Positions 41,000 to 55,180 of a DNA stretch of 64,000 nt are shown one piece after another. Source of the DNA: Amoeboaphelidium protococcarum X5 (taxonomy: Eukaryota > Fungi > Aphelidiomycota). The notes under the pieces were generated by a model that was not told where the DNA came from, did not search any database, and saw nothing but the letters and a program-made list of their open reading frames with translations. Position 1 is the first letter of the stretch; each line of letters begins with the position of its first letter. Made by a program: the position numbers and the translations under genes. The DNA lies in NCBI GenBank assembly GCA_023515725.1, contig JALDTO010000156.1, positions 63,182 through 127,181 on the forward strand, written 5' to 3'.

Positions 41000-41518
41000 T
41001 CACGATAAATGCTTAATCAGAGACAGTTTTCGAGCGTTAAACTGAGCATTGTCAAACTCTGGGAGCTGATGAACAGCATTAGTTAAAAATTACCTAAACT
41101 TATCGCAAGTCTATGGATCTTTACAACCTAACATAGATTCGCCCATCTATTAAAGTGCATCACAGAGGGATGTATACTAATTCTACACTCTGATGTAAGT
41201 ATAATCATCACGAGACAGACCCTTCTTGTTATAGGGAAAAGCATTGCGCAACTGCAACTGTAAATCTCTAATTGCATTCTCTTATTATTCAAGTCTTTGA
41301 ATTAAATCTAGTTAATCTTAGCTCAATTTTATTTAATCATCCACCCCATATTGACCAGTTTCTTCTGAAGGGAATTGCTATTATAAAGATCGAATTTTGA
41401 GTCTCTTTAATTACTCTGCAGGATCGACAATATGCTGGGAAGATCGCTTCCTACTAGGAGAGAAATGGGATTAAGTCAAGTTCACCTCTGCACTCTCATC
41501 ATGCATAATTATAACCAT
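41000..41518 (-). CDS. Cut8/Sts1-like nuclear proteasome tether (short, 172 aa)
   Basis: RKR-type basic motif, FPY...DDYTYIRV and AVHQLPEFDNAQFNARK resemble the Cut8 domain. Confidence 0.55.
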
Positions 41519-41752
41519 GATATTCTTGTAATTAGTATTGTGAAGATGGAAAGCGTAATTTAATTACAGTAAATTTTCACCTATATAAATTTACGAATTC
41601 TACAAAAAGAGAGAACAGAGAGAGAGAGAAATTGAGGAACGCTAACTAAAAGCGATCAAGTATCGTTCCGCATTGAGTAAAGAAACGCACGTTACTAATG
41701 AGGCAGCTTTTAAGCGATAATCAACATATTAGCCTATAGTTTTGTACGCAAT

Positions 41753-42490
41753 ATGATTATTGATATATACGTGTTGGATAGGAGAAAAATTGAGTCTAGC
41801 GATAACGGATTGTAGAGCACGAAAGATTCTACAACATTGGGTCATAAGTTACTGGATTGGTGGATCACTGATGCTATGGGTATCAAATGCGAGTACGAGA
41901 TAAATAAGCGGTATGATGGAGGGAAGCCCTACATTAAATGCAAAGATGGAACTGAAGTCATCGCGTTTAATATCTCTCATTAAGATGATCTAGTGGTACT
42001 CGCTGCGGTTCAATGTAAATCTTTGCTATACACACTGCGACTAGGAGTTGATGTCGTACATTTGACTCTTTAATCATTTGGGCGTGATATTACTAGTGTA
42101 GAAGAGGCGTATTAGAGTATGCGCCCAGCTTTTTGCGAATCTGAGCAGAAAAGTATAGAGTAACTATTGCATTAGCATGAGGATGATAAGTAGGCGTTAA
42201 ATCTCATGTTACAACTATGGTCAATGAAGGAAGCTTATCTGAAGGCTATCGGTACTGGGATAGGATCCACGGAATTGTCATAGTATTGCATGTTATGTCC
42301 TATCAGCGACTAGCCTTTGCAAGAGTATGCCGGGTTTAATATTCTATCTACCAGATGCTCGCATGATTAAGATTATTTAATTACCGTCGCATATTAAGAC
42401 TCTGAATTCGCTCTATCTAATAAAGTACTGCAATAACATCAAGTATAATGCAATGATCATTAATTTTTTCATCTATTGAACAATAACTGA
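41753..42490 (+). CDS. Sfp/Lys5-type 4'-phosphopantetheinyl transferase
   Basis: GKPY, FNISHQ, LGVDVV, WSMKEAYLKAIGTG; 245 aa. Confidence 0.9.
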
Positions 42491-42524
42491 TCTAGATATA
42501 CATGTAATCATCATTAATAAGACT

Positions 42525-45358
42525 TCAAGACATCAGTAGTAGACTTGTGAAGAGGGAATCTGAGGATATTAAGTGATGGGCACTGTCATAATTGAGAATT
42601 TCAGTAGAGAGACGCTCCAGCTTTTCCAACTGCAGACGCTGCGATGAATTCATGCGCGACTTCTTCCGCCTTAATCCTTTATCATCAAGACATTTGAGGA
42701 TGAGATAATGAAGCCAATATATATTAGTTTTAGGATTAAACTCTTTCCAGCACTACTTATCGCCAGTATGCTGAGGATCCAACAAGTCCCGCATCATTCT
42801 ATATACTTCAAATTGATAATCACCCTGTCCTTGGAAGTATGCCTCTTCATCGTATGGTCGGCATATGACTTGTTACTAATTAATCGTGACTCTGGAGAAT
42901 GTGTAATCGATGATGGTGCATCTTACACCGCCTGATGGTACGTTATACTTCTATCCAGCGATACTATATTTATACTCCTGATCATCAGTAGCTTTAAGCA
43001 AAACGTTGCCCCAATGAAGATCTCGATGTTCAAATTGCACCGTCTTCTCTGCTTGTGCTATAGTGAGTGAACATTACACTATCAAAGAGACGGCTTGTTC
43101 TACCAAAGACAATTTATAATGCTCCAAATCACATCCACCATTCTGCAGGAGAAGTACACCATACTTTTAATCAGATTTAAATTCGTCCGGTCTATCGTTC
43201 TCTGACTGGTGCGTGAGAGCCCACGCGTCCCAACAGCTGAGCAACTTCTATGGGTACTTTCCAGTAGCGACATACAAACCGAGACACTGAACAAAATTGA
43301 GTCCGCCAAGGAGATTACAGTCCCCCAATAGCTTTGTTAAAATGAACTCTTGTGCTAATTCATCTACACTGGTTTAAGGATCACCATTAACCAGCACTTT
43401 GCGATTATCACCAAATGGTATAACTTTCATTGCAGCACTCTGTGTCTAAATAGCCTTCTGTTCAATCTACTTCTCTTAATACTGTCCACTATGAAGAGAC
43501 GATAAAAGCAAATCATAAACCTCTGAGAACGTAGCCTCACCCAACTTGCACAACTTTTTGATATCAAACTGCTTGAAGAGCTTAGTAAAACTTAAGGCCT
43601 GCTATTAGTTACAAATTCTAAATATATCTTTGAGTATATAAGTCTCTTAATCTTGATTAAAGGAGATCCACGATACATCCAAGCTCTAGTCACCTAAACT
43701 TAATCTCCTCACTCCTTCTACTGTCTATATAATCTAAACATCGATAGGACCATCTTGTTCATAATCTGAAGTTGACTTTTACTGCTATCCACTTTGCTCA
43801 ACTTGCTCCAGTTGCCCAGTCTCGGAAGTTATAATAGAAGATTTCTTATCATTACAAACCATGGAACTATGCACACGGGTATCAGAATCAATTAAAGCAT
43901 AATCAATTTTAACATCTGCCAAAGTTTTATCAAAACTTTAATAGATATCATCTCTACTTGGACTGTGGACGTCTTATGCGGACCCAATGACAGTAGAATG
44001 TTCTTAATTTTTGGAGCAGTTTACACTAGGCATTACCAATTCGGCACTGTGCATTGGGCCATTTTAAGCATCAGCATTAGATTCAATAGCTTAAATATCA
44101 ACATCCAAGTTGTCCTGTGATGTATCCTGACTAACCTCTGAATTTGAACGGCGGACCTATAATGGCTACTCAAACGATGACTATTATTCTATAGGACGCG
44201 GACATTATTATTATTATTAAGCACCAGAGGACTGATCAACAGCATCAGTTACAGTATCATCAATTAAAGACTTGACTAGTACGAGAACCGACTCCTTTCT
44301 TTCACATTCACCAACGTTATCTTCCTGAGACTGCGTAGATTGTTCACCACCGTGAGAGTTGATAGGAATCTGACTGACATTCTCCGGATCGGGTGACATG
44401 CCATTGACAGCTGGCGACATTACACGCCTCTCAGATGGACTATTATGAACATCGTAGACTGATATTTTGTCCTTACAAGATTATATCTCAGAATCCAGAG
44501 TTAGATCTGTGGAACAGCCATTGACCATAACAGAGTTTGCAATATCATGTACAGACAAATCAGAACCAACAGAGTTACGTGAAAGCTTGAATGGAGTTAA
44601 ATTCTAAAATTACATTGTCAACCTGGGCAATTTATGTTTACTAACGTTCATAGACCCGACGGGTGTGGAATGGTACATGAGAGGTGAATTCAAATCAGCA
44701 TTTTGTGGAGGAGAACATGGCACAAATAAGAACGACTATTACCTATCATCAATATCGCATTGTTCAACATCTATATGCTCCTCAGCAATTTCTTACTACT
44801 CTTCTAATGGAGCATTAATCACCTCTGGGTGTTGTATGTCGACTTTATCCTGTTGACCGCCCTGGCCCTCTTTATCACTGTTCTAAATCGTATCTTTAAT
44901 TTCAGCGCGATAATCAGACTCAATTTTAGATTCTGAACTCTCTTTAACAGTCTTAGGTACAGCGACATCCTACTTCTTCTTTCTATTGTTATTCAGGGCC
45001 TTCTTACGTGTGGATATCTTCTTCACTGCCACAGGGGATAAAAGTCTGAATCATTACTCTGAACTGATACATCAGCTAAACTCAAATCCTTCAAATTGGC
45101 CTTTTTCACCATGACAGTCCTCTTTTCAGGCTCTTGCTGAATATTATGATGACCTTCCATATTATATACATCATTCTCCTTATCTGCTGTGTCAATCTCA
45201 ATTTAGGCAGTGAGAACTGGTGCAGCAGAGGTCCCAAATACTGAAGTTCCCGGAAATCCTATTGAGCCAAATACTGCACCAGACAGTCCCATCTTTTACT
45301 AAATAGTTCTATTCTTCTTCTTTCCATAAGTCTTAATCTATGGTCGTGGCTACAACAT
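42525..45358 (-). CDS. Haspin-family kinase (apparent 1-nt frameshift near 45040)
   Basis: N-terminal KTYGKKK; KLGEATFSEV, SENDRP, FEHRDLHWGNVLL, IIDYT, DYQFEVYRMM, TNIYWLHYL. Confidence 0.9.
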
Positions 45359-45743
45359 GCTGTGTAATTTAAACTTGAACCTGTTAGTTGAGTGAAAGAG
45401 ATATAAACTGGTAGGAAGGAACGGGTAAAAACAGTTGAAACAAGAGAGTTGTTTATGGCGTCAAAATCGCAGTTTACCGGGACATTAACGCGAATTATTA
45501 GCGTCACTGTTGCTGCTCCTTGCGTGGAATAAAGTTTCCATATTATCAATAATAATGATACGCACTGTGACTTAAGGCTGGTTTTTTATGGATAGGTGTT
45601 GTTTAGACGCACAGTGGCTATTGGGCATACTGTAATCATTATCAGTACAGTACTGAAATGAAGGAACGCGCGCGCATTGTTGTTGTTATTGTTTCAGGCT
45701 CTGTAGTTCAAGAACAATCTACAGAATAGTCAGTCAGTCAGAT

Positions 45744-47311
45744 ATGGCTCCTGTGTAAAGTGAATCTAATGTCCAGAGTGCTGATAATTAGAAAGGCATT
45801 AGAATACTCACTTTAGATGGAGGTGGGATCAAAGGACTGGTAGAGCTGAAAGTATTGCTAGAGATCGAGAGGAGAACAGGGCGAAAGGTATAATATCTTA
45901 CTAATGTGCAGATTGATGTGCAATACTGTATCGCATGTAGATCAATGAGCTATTTGACTTGGTTTGCGGTACATCAACTGGTGGCACAATCGCTCTTATT
46001 ACTGGATTGAATTTGCAAGGATGTGCAAAGATTAAGAGTCCCAGTCCAGATCCAGCGCATTATAAGCAGCAGGTGGAGGAGGAGTTGAGTCGCCCTTTGC
46101 CCGAGCGTATCGCAGATTTGTACAAAGAGTTGGCGCATAATATCTTTCAACCTCTGATTGATAACAAATGGTATGTGTTCGCCACAACTCAAGCTAGATA
46201 CTGGATATCCTATTGCGCAAAGATTTATTTCTAATATGGGTATGGAGGTTCACTTTATGATACAGGTACTCTTGCAGATATGTCTGCCGAGTATTTGTAG
46301 CCAGAGTTTGGATTTGTGAGTAATGATCAGCTACTTGGCATCGCTGATAAGTATCCACAAAATAAAATGACTAATGTATGTGTTGTATCTGCTATAAAGG
46401 TTGGTGATTAGGCGTTTAAGCCATACATATTCAGATCTTACAAGTTGCCTAGACTGCCACCTCCACTCACCGGTATAGAGTCTGCATATCCACACGGGTT
46501 AGAAGATACCTGGGGAGTGTCTAGCTACAATAACGATTTTTATCTTGCCAGTGGCAGCGACGGTTAGATCAATTGTGCAGCCAAGATATGGGAGGCTGCT
46601 CGTGCCACTAGTGCTGCACCAGGAGTTTTTGCCCCTATTGTTCTCAAGCATCAAGGTGTATTTGTAGATGAATTATGCAACAGGCGCGAAGTTGACAAGA
46701 TTGCCTTCATTGATGGTGGCATAGTTGCTAATAATCCATCGGAGATTGCTTTGGATGAAGCATTTAAACTGTTTGATGGTAGACCTATCGACTGCTTGGT
46801 GTCATTAGGGACAGGTGCTAAAGGATGGTCCACTGAGTAGCGGGTATTTGCTCTTCGCAATGGCACAGACTCTGCGAAACTGGATTTGCCTTAGTGGATG
46901 TTCACACTCGATGAAATGGTGACCAACGCAGAATATGCGCATCATAGAGTGAGAAATAGAATTGCGTTAGCCAATGAGTAGTACCGGACTTATTAACATC
47001 GTTAGTAAAATGGTGCATAAGAAGTCGGTGATGAAGGCGTAGTGTAAAAAGATCCTCTAGCAGAAACAACTTACTTCAGGTTCAATCCTCAGTGTCTGAA
47101 AGAAGATTACGCGATGACTGAATGGCATCCTGAGAAGTTGAAGTAGATGGAACAATCGGCTGAGTACTATTTGAAGACTGACACCATCTAAAAGCAGATT
47201 GATGTTCTATGTGCCATTCTAACTGAGAAGAAAGGTTGGCAAGAGAAAGCTAGAGCATTTCGCAAACGTCCAGTGGACACTCTTCTACCTGCAGAATGCC
47301 ACATACAGTGA
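45744..47311 (+). CDS. Patatin-like phospholipase (iPLA2-gamma/PNPLA8-like), one intron
   Basis: LDGGGIKG, GTSTG, RATSAAP, FIDGGIVANNP, VSLGTG, YFRFNP; intron ~45888-45940. Confidence 0.92.
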
Positions 47312-47529
47312 TACTCAATGAGTTGACTTTTTGTTGGTTTCTTTAATGATGTAATACTGGAATAAAGGATAAGTAGGGTGTGTTGCAACGTTTTGATTCG
47401 ACGATTTTCTTCAGTTTTCGCCGGTGGTTTATCTTTACGAATTTCTGCTGAAGACGACACCCGTTCAACTCGGTAATTTAGTAAATAGGTAGAGTTTCGA
47501 TAAATTGATACTAAGCAATACGGTTAAAT

Positions 47530-49239
47530 ATGATTGTGAGGGGATTATCTCATAAGGGAATGGCTAGACTAATAACTAGAAGTAGCCGCGGATTTTGGAA
47601 ATATTCCATGGCTTCTAGGTAATCAAAATTATGGACTGGCGCGTCTCGACCAATGCCTGCCATCAATGTTGTAATCAACAAGGTATGATTAATATTTTGA
47701 TTGATTATTGCTTATATCGTTTATATAACATATATTTAATGAATGTAGTAATAATTTCATGGAAGCGCGTTATTGAAATAGAGCAAGCGGGATCCATATC
47801 AAGTGCTGGGAGTTAATAAATCATCGTCACCTGCAGAGATCAAGAAGGCATACTTTAAGTTGGCTAAGAAGTATCACCCAGATGCATTCTAAAGCGCGTC
47901 ATAGAAGGAGAAGGATGATGCCAAGCAAAATTTTATTGAGATTCAGGAAGCTTATGATATATTGAGTGATGAATAGAAGAAGGCTCAATTTGATCGGTTT
48001 GGGCACATTGATCCTAATCAGTATGCAGGAAATGGGTAGTAATAGTCCCCGTTCGGTCAAGGATCTCCTTTCGGCGCGGAAGATATATTTAAAGAGTTTT
48101 TTAGAGGTGCTAGTGGTGCTCGAGGTGGTGCTGGTGGACCGTTTGGCTCATCAGGTGGATTTAATTTTGGTGGGTTCTCGGCTTAAGACATATTTGGAGG
48201 TGCTGGATTTGGTTAGTAGTCTCCATTCAGTTCATCACAGTAGCAATCCAGTCCCGCTGATGATGGTGCGGATATAATGACGCGACTATCCATATCGTTC
48301 ATGGATGCAATCAAAGGTGTCAGAATGCCGATTTCATATGCAGCGTGGTCGAAATGTGGCACTTGCCATGGCTCTGGTCTTAAGTCTGGAGCTCGCCCGA
48401 GATAATGCACCAGCTGTGGTGGTAGCGGTGAATAGATGATGTCTCGTGGTGGATTTAGAATTCTGATGACGTGTAGTGCTTGTGGTGGTGCAGGTTAAAG
48501 TATATCCCAGTCTGATTATTGCGGAACGTGTCGCGGTGAAGGACGTGTCAAAGAGCGAGTGGAGACTGTGGTCAACATTCCGGCAGGTGTGGACTCTGGT
48601 GAAAGATTACGCGTATCAGGTCGTGGTCATGCGTCTGTTGGCGCCAGTGGACGTAAGGGTGATCTCTATGTTACTCTGCAAGTAAATGCACCCACCAGGG
48701 CTGAATCAGTATTTAAGCGAAATGGCTCAGACTTGAACGTCGAGGTGGAAATTCTATTCCAGGATGCAATTTTTGGTTCGCAAGTAACTGTGCCCACACT
48801 TGAAGGAAGTTATAGAATGAAATTTCCATCTGGTTCTCAGCCTGGCGATTTAAGGGTGCTTGGGAATAAAGGAGTGTAGAAGCTTAATCAGCCGGCTGGT
48901 GTCAGAGGAAATCTCAATGTTCGATTAAAGGTGAAGATACCACGCATTGACACTCTTAGTTCCAAGTAGAGAGATCTTTTGGAATAATTTAGGTAGACTT
49001 TTGTAAGCTCTGATAGTGCCAATTAAAGTAATACCAGTGACTCCAACTCGCAATCTCAGTCGAGTCAAAGCGATAGTGCTAATGATATAGATGATGAGCC
49101 AAAGAAGGGATTCATCAGGAAGACTATTGATAAGCTGAAAGACACTCTATGTGATGATGAAAAGAATGGGATATCACAATCACAACAATAACAATAACAA
49201 AGTGATTAAGAGAAGAAGAAATAAGGTGGGTCTTAATGA
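47530..49239 (+). CDS. Type I DnaJ chaperone, probably mitochondrial (Mdj1/DNAJA3-like)
   Basis: Basic presequence, intron ~47683-47748, J domain with HPD, G/F region, four CxxCxGxG zinc fingers, C-terminal domain. Confidence 0.92.
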
Positions 49240-49282
49240 GTTGAATAATGTCAAATTAGATCTATATAACTTTGGGTGATCA

Positions 49283-51676
49283 TCATTTAATCAGTGCCAA
49301 AATCTTGTCCTAAACTTCAATCTTAACTTACAAAAAGTGCCATTCATCTTCCTTTTCTTTCAGGAGGGCAGATTAAGTCTAATTTCTGCGCTCTTAAATC
49401 TCATTCTAATCTCCCCATGGAATATTCTGTTAAATGACATCAGGAGAAGGGACAGATGATGAAGAGTTTGACGATGAACAACTGAAAGCAGGTTGCAATT
49501 TAAACGGCAGCCAGTCCAAACTATCAGCAAGCAGAGGTCTTTTCTTCTACTTTTTTCTAGGATCTACAGCAGGAGCATCGAAGTTGATCAAATCGTCGGA
49601 TGCCTAAAGTTTAAGACTACCAGAGCTTGATCGTACCTCAGCCTCAATCACCTCATTCAACTTTTTAAGGATTCTAGTTGAGATCTGCGACTCTTACTTC
49701 TCGTACATGTAATTGTCAAAAAGTAATCGCCGTATCTACTCGTTAGAAAGCGGAACACCATCAACCACTAAATTCTACACTTTTGGTATATCTTTGGATT
49801 AGTTAATCTCAGAAAGCCCTTAAAGGAGATTATCTTCCTTCTCATTAGCCATGACTTCTTCATTGAAAGCAGCGGACGCGACTTGAAGTAATTTACAGGC
49901 GGTGATAGTGGGCAGGAATGGACTCAATAGCTGATCGATATTCCGTACGTTTATGAGCCGCAGCAAGCTATCTATAGTGGTTGAACTTTCACTCGTCTTT
50001 AACCCGTTAGAACTTGATGTCTGAGACTATTATTTCTGATCATTTACGATTACACGACTGCGGACCCACTCTTCTATAATATTCAGATTAAATCTAACTA
50101 GAACGGCCTATGATCGACTGCAGACAAATCTTCCATCTACAAACGCATTGATCAACTCAGCACCTAAAGCATAGATCAACTATAGTAACAGTTGCCTCTG
50201 GTACACTTGATGAATATGATATTATTACATAAGGAAGAGTACCGAAGCCAGATGGGTCAATAACGTCTTTGGAGATGTAGATACAGGCGGAGCAGGTTTA
50301 AATGAGCTGAATAACGCACCAAAAGTAGATTGACTCTTCTTGCCATCATCAGTTGATGACTACGATCTCTTTCTGCCAAATAGGCCACCCCGAGACTCAG
50401 AGCTTATACTTTCACTAGAGCCCTGCTTAGATCGACCTCCTTTCCGTCTCTCCAGAGGACCGGAGTAAACTTTCACGTTAGGATATGTCATGGCTTCCAC
50501 GGCAATGCTCATAATCTTACTTCTCGCCTCTGCTATTAATGTGGTGTAGAACAGCTCCAACACTTCTGCAATGCACGCCTGAAGATCAGCTGAATTTTAT
50601 ACCAGCTCCACATCTTTGCGCATATAATACAATAACTAGCTGATATTAGCCAACCAATAGGATAAGAAGCTAAGATCCTTTCTATTATTCCCTTGACCCA
50701 ATTGATACCGAAGTCTACTCACAAAACCATTAAGGAGCAACTCAAGCAAGTCATGAGACTAGTAATAATGTGCGTATCGTGCACACAAGAACATGATAAT
50801 CGCCGGTGTAAGCTTTGTTGATAATGAAGCTCTAGTTACGTGCGGCACAGGAAGTTGATCGAATATAATCTGCACTACAGTCTCGGCCTACTTCTAATCA
50901 ACAACAATCATCTGATCAGATTTACATTGCGTAAAATCAAATTTGGAGCCAGGACTACTGACAATTGAGCTATCACCATCATCGCTATCACGAGCATATT
51001 ATGATGTACCATCATCATGGGAATGTTAGTCATTCTAATGCACGGTTGATATCCGTAGATTATTGCCAAGTACTGCACTAAGGTCTTAATCTATAGCCTC
51101 CAAGTCGAATTAATTAGCTGCATGATAAAATCCATCTCCATTTTATTAAGTTTTACCGGATTTGCTCTAAGATGGATCATTATTATACGCAGAAGATTAC
51201 AAGACTGTTCGAGAAGTCATGTCTGTATCGGCGCCACATTGAGCCAGGTAGGCTGCTACACTATCATGTCCGTTATTGACAGCCCACATATACGGACTCC
51301 AGCCTTATTACTGATCAGCTTTATTGATATCTGCTCCATTATCTAATAATTGTCTGACAATATTCAGAAATCCAAGACTGGATGCCTGACATAGTGGTGT
51401 GAGGCCATTACTGTTATACTCATTCATGATATCCATCAGAAGATGGCTGAAATTGATGTTGATCTATTCAATGCATCGTGAGACCTCAATAGAATCATTA
51501 TTACGGACATAAGTATTTAATTACTTGATCATTCCCTCCTTAGAAGGTCTATCCAACAGTTGTGAAGTTAAATCTTCAGCAGATGCCTATTTCCCCTGCT
51601 GCAGCATGGATGGGGATGTTTCATTACTGACCAGCTATGAAGTTGTCTACTACCACGGATCTTCTATAGAATCCAT
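49283..51676 (-). CDS. Ankyrin-repeat + Dilute (DIL) domain protein
   Basis: NGLTPLCQASSLG ankyrin motif; AELINAF...CSRSQAVLVRFNLNIIEEWVR DIL-like motif; 797 aa. Confidence 0.75.
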
Positions 51677-52010
51677 TTTAATCAGATTCAGTACTGTAAA
51701 GAGTGATATTACTGTACTAACTAATTAATATACGGAGATGACTTCTTGATCCCCAAAAATTAATACTGCAGTCAGTTTCCAAGGAAGAGGTAATTCCAAA
51801 ATCTCTCGTTGAAACTCGAACGGAAAATTCTCTCAACAGAGTCCGTCATAAATCAACTACTGTACGATAATAATGATGAATTTGAATATACAAAACTGGT
51901 AATATTTCTCAAGTAAAAATGCAAAAATTATTTAATCATTAATTAATAAACATAAACCGGCAACTGCAACATCCATACGCATTATCAATACAAAGTAACA
52001 CGACCCGAAA

Positions 52011-52619
52011 TCAATGAAGTGATTCCTACTCAACAGCGTATTGAGGGTCAAGTAAAATACGTTCATTCTATTTGACAATCTTGATACGTCTATGTTTTAC
52101 CAAGATCCAAGTGTGAACATAGACACATACGGAGAGGAATGCCATATAGACGGACATCATTAAGCCGGCAGGAAGATCAACTTTGAAGAATTGACGCGTC
52201 GTTTCAGCCGATAATGCCCAAACGGCCAATTGCGTGATATAACTAGCTTTGAACCACGTTCTGGTGAAGAACAAATGCATCCACACGGCTCCCAGTAGCA
52301 ATTAACTTAGATACATATTCAGTGCTCTATTCGTTTTCACCATCTGTCTTAGGAACTACAGAGAGAAGATTGATTTACCGACAAATTTTATTGTCTTGTG
52401 TGCCACTCGATAGCTTGATACTCCCATGAGACAATACATCACGATCCAAGTGAAACGCATTTATAATGATGTCAGCATTAGCTTAGGCTTTTTCAACTGG
52501 CGATACCATCCAGTCATACCAGCTCGGTTCTAGCGTCCACTGTAATGAGAAGCAATTAGTGGAAACATAATGTATATTAAAGCTCTAGTAGCTTCAGATT
52601 TATTGACGTGAATGTTCAT
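52011..52619 (-). CDS. TSPO: TspO/MBR translocator protein
   Basis: GWYRQLKKP, WIVMYCLMGVSSYRV, WMHLFF, AGLMMSVYMAFL; five TMs, 202 aa. Confidence 0.85.
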
Positions 52620-52764
52620 TGTTCTAATTAATGTGTAGGTAGGTAGACTCGGTTATTATTATTATTGAGACCGAGTGTTGTGACGAATAATTGAAATTTC
52701 AATCACAATCAATTCCCGCGAAACTGGAGCCAAGCGTTTGATCGATCAAGTCAACAACACGTCA

Positions 52765-53457
52765 ATGTTTAAAATTCGTAGACTGTCCAACATGTCGGAG
52801 TTAGTAACTTTAAATGATCCAGTCAGAATATTTAACAGCTGGTTTGACACGCATAAGAAGGGGTTTCCTAAGGAGTCAAAATATGCCTACAATGCCGCTC
52901 AATTGGCAACGTGCGGCGCCGATATGATGCCATCAGTGAGAACGGTACTCATCAATTGGACCAAGGAGACTGAAGATCGCGGTCTAGTACTTACAACGTT
53001 TTCATATTATTGCAGCAACAAGGGAAAAGATATTGAAGAAAATAGTAACGTGGCTCTTTGTTTCTATTGGGGTGATAGACAAGTTAGAATACAGGGCACG
53101 GCTTAGAAGTGCTCAGATCAAGTAAATGACGATTACTTTTACTCACGCTCCTTGTCCAGTTAAATCAATGCTCATGCCAAAATGCAGTCTCTACCGCTAG
53201 AAGATCGCTCATAGTTTGAGGATAAAGTTTAAAGCTTGGAATAGAAGTTTGCTGGTGGATAGGTTCCACGTCCAGAGTATTGGGGAGGATATGATATCAC
53301 GGCAACGTCTTTTGACTTTTGGGAGAAGGCTGGAAGATTGGATGATAGATTTCAGTTCATTTTAACAAAGAATAATGAGTGGTGTAAATAAAGATTATAT
53401 CCATAAATAGAGATATTGATTCATTTCACAATACATTACAATAAAAGTGCATAGTGA
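52765..53457 (+). CDS. PDX3: Pyridoxamine 5'-phosphate oxidase
   Basis: LATC...PSVRTVL, SNKGKDI, RQVRIQG, YFYSR, PRPEYWGGY, DRFQF, RLYP. The canonical end is followed by TAA (53404-53406); first TGA at 53455-53457. Confidence 0.9.
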
Positions 53458-53458
53458 A

Positions 53459-53474
53459 GGTGTTTAAAAACACC
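53459..53474 (-). terminator. Histone mRNA 3' stem-loop (H3 copy 1)
   Basis: GGTGTT-TTTA-AACACC ~40 nt after the stop. Confidence 0.8.
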
Positions 53475-53514
53475 ATTTTACATTCAATAAATGAGATGAA
53501 AAGACTCAGAGAGT

Positions 53515-54640
<1,126 letters not shown>

Positions 54641-54675
54641 ATACTCTCACTGAGATGTTTCTATTATCGCACAAT

Positions 54676-54691
54676 GGTGTTTTTAAACACC
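54676..54691 (+). terminator. Histone mRNA 3' stem-loop (H4 copy 1)
   Basis: GGTGTT-TTTA-AACACC 35 nt after the stop. Confidence 0.8.
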
Positions 54692-54752
54692 TTCAAATGT
54701 TCAGCTCTATTAAGTGAGTTATTTTGAAAATTACATTTACTATTATATTATT

Positions 54753-55088
54753 TCAATTCTAGTTCATTCTCTCTACTACACCCCTGTTAATTAGATAGTC
54801 TTGGAATACAGCTATAAATTTAACAGTCTCCACCATGACATCCCTCTTTGAGACGCTTTCGCCGCGCTCCACTTTTACTTGCAGTGATGGAATCAGCAAC
54901 TTTAGCGTGTTCATGTGATGTTTCAACTCTTCTTCACGCTTGCTTTCCTACACAGAGTAAAGTCGCAAGTTACGCATTTTGATTAATATACGATTAAATT
55001 AATCGCTTACCTTTGAAGCTCCCCTTCCTTTTACTGATTAAAGTGGAGCTTGTATACGATTGACTTCAGTTAAACTTAGGCTGCGCAT
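54753..55088 (-). CDS. Small atypical HLH protein (90 aa, 2 exons)
   Basis: Exons 55088-55011 and 54947-54753 with a GTAAGC...TAG intron; ESKREEELKHHMNTLKLLIPSL...VSKRDVMVETVKFIAVFQDYL. Confidence 0.65.
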
Positions 55089-55180
55089 CTTAAGGATCTG
55101 CAAAGTGAAAGATAAGATGGATCACAGCCAAAAATAGCACAAAATCAAACGAAAGAAGTCACATTTCAGAATTTCCGTTG

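Noticed and set aside
40682-41002. Frame apparently open from the Cut8-like stop into the RasGEF ATG (possible readthrough fusion)
   Set aside because: With a single stop codon, ~100 open codons arise easily by chance, and the translation does not look protein-like.
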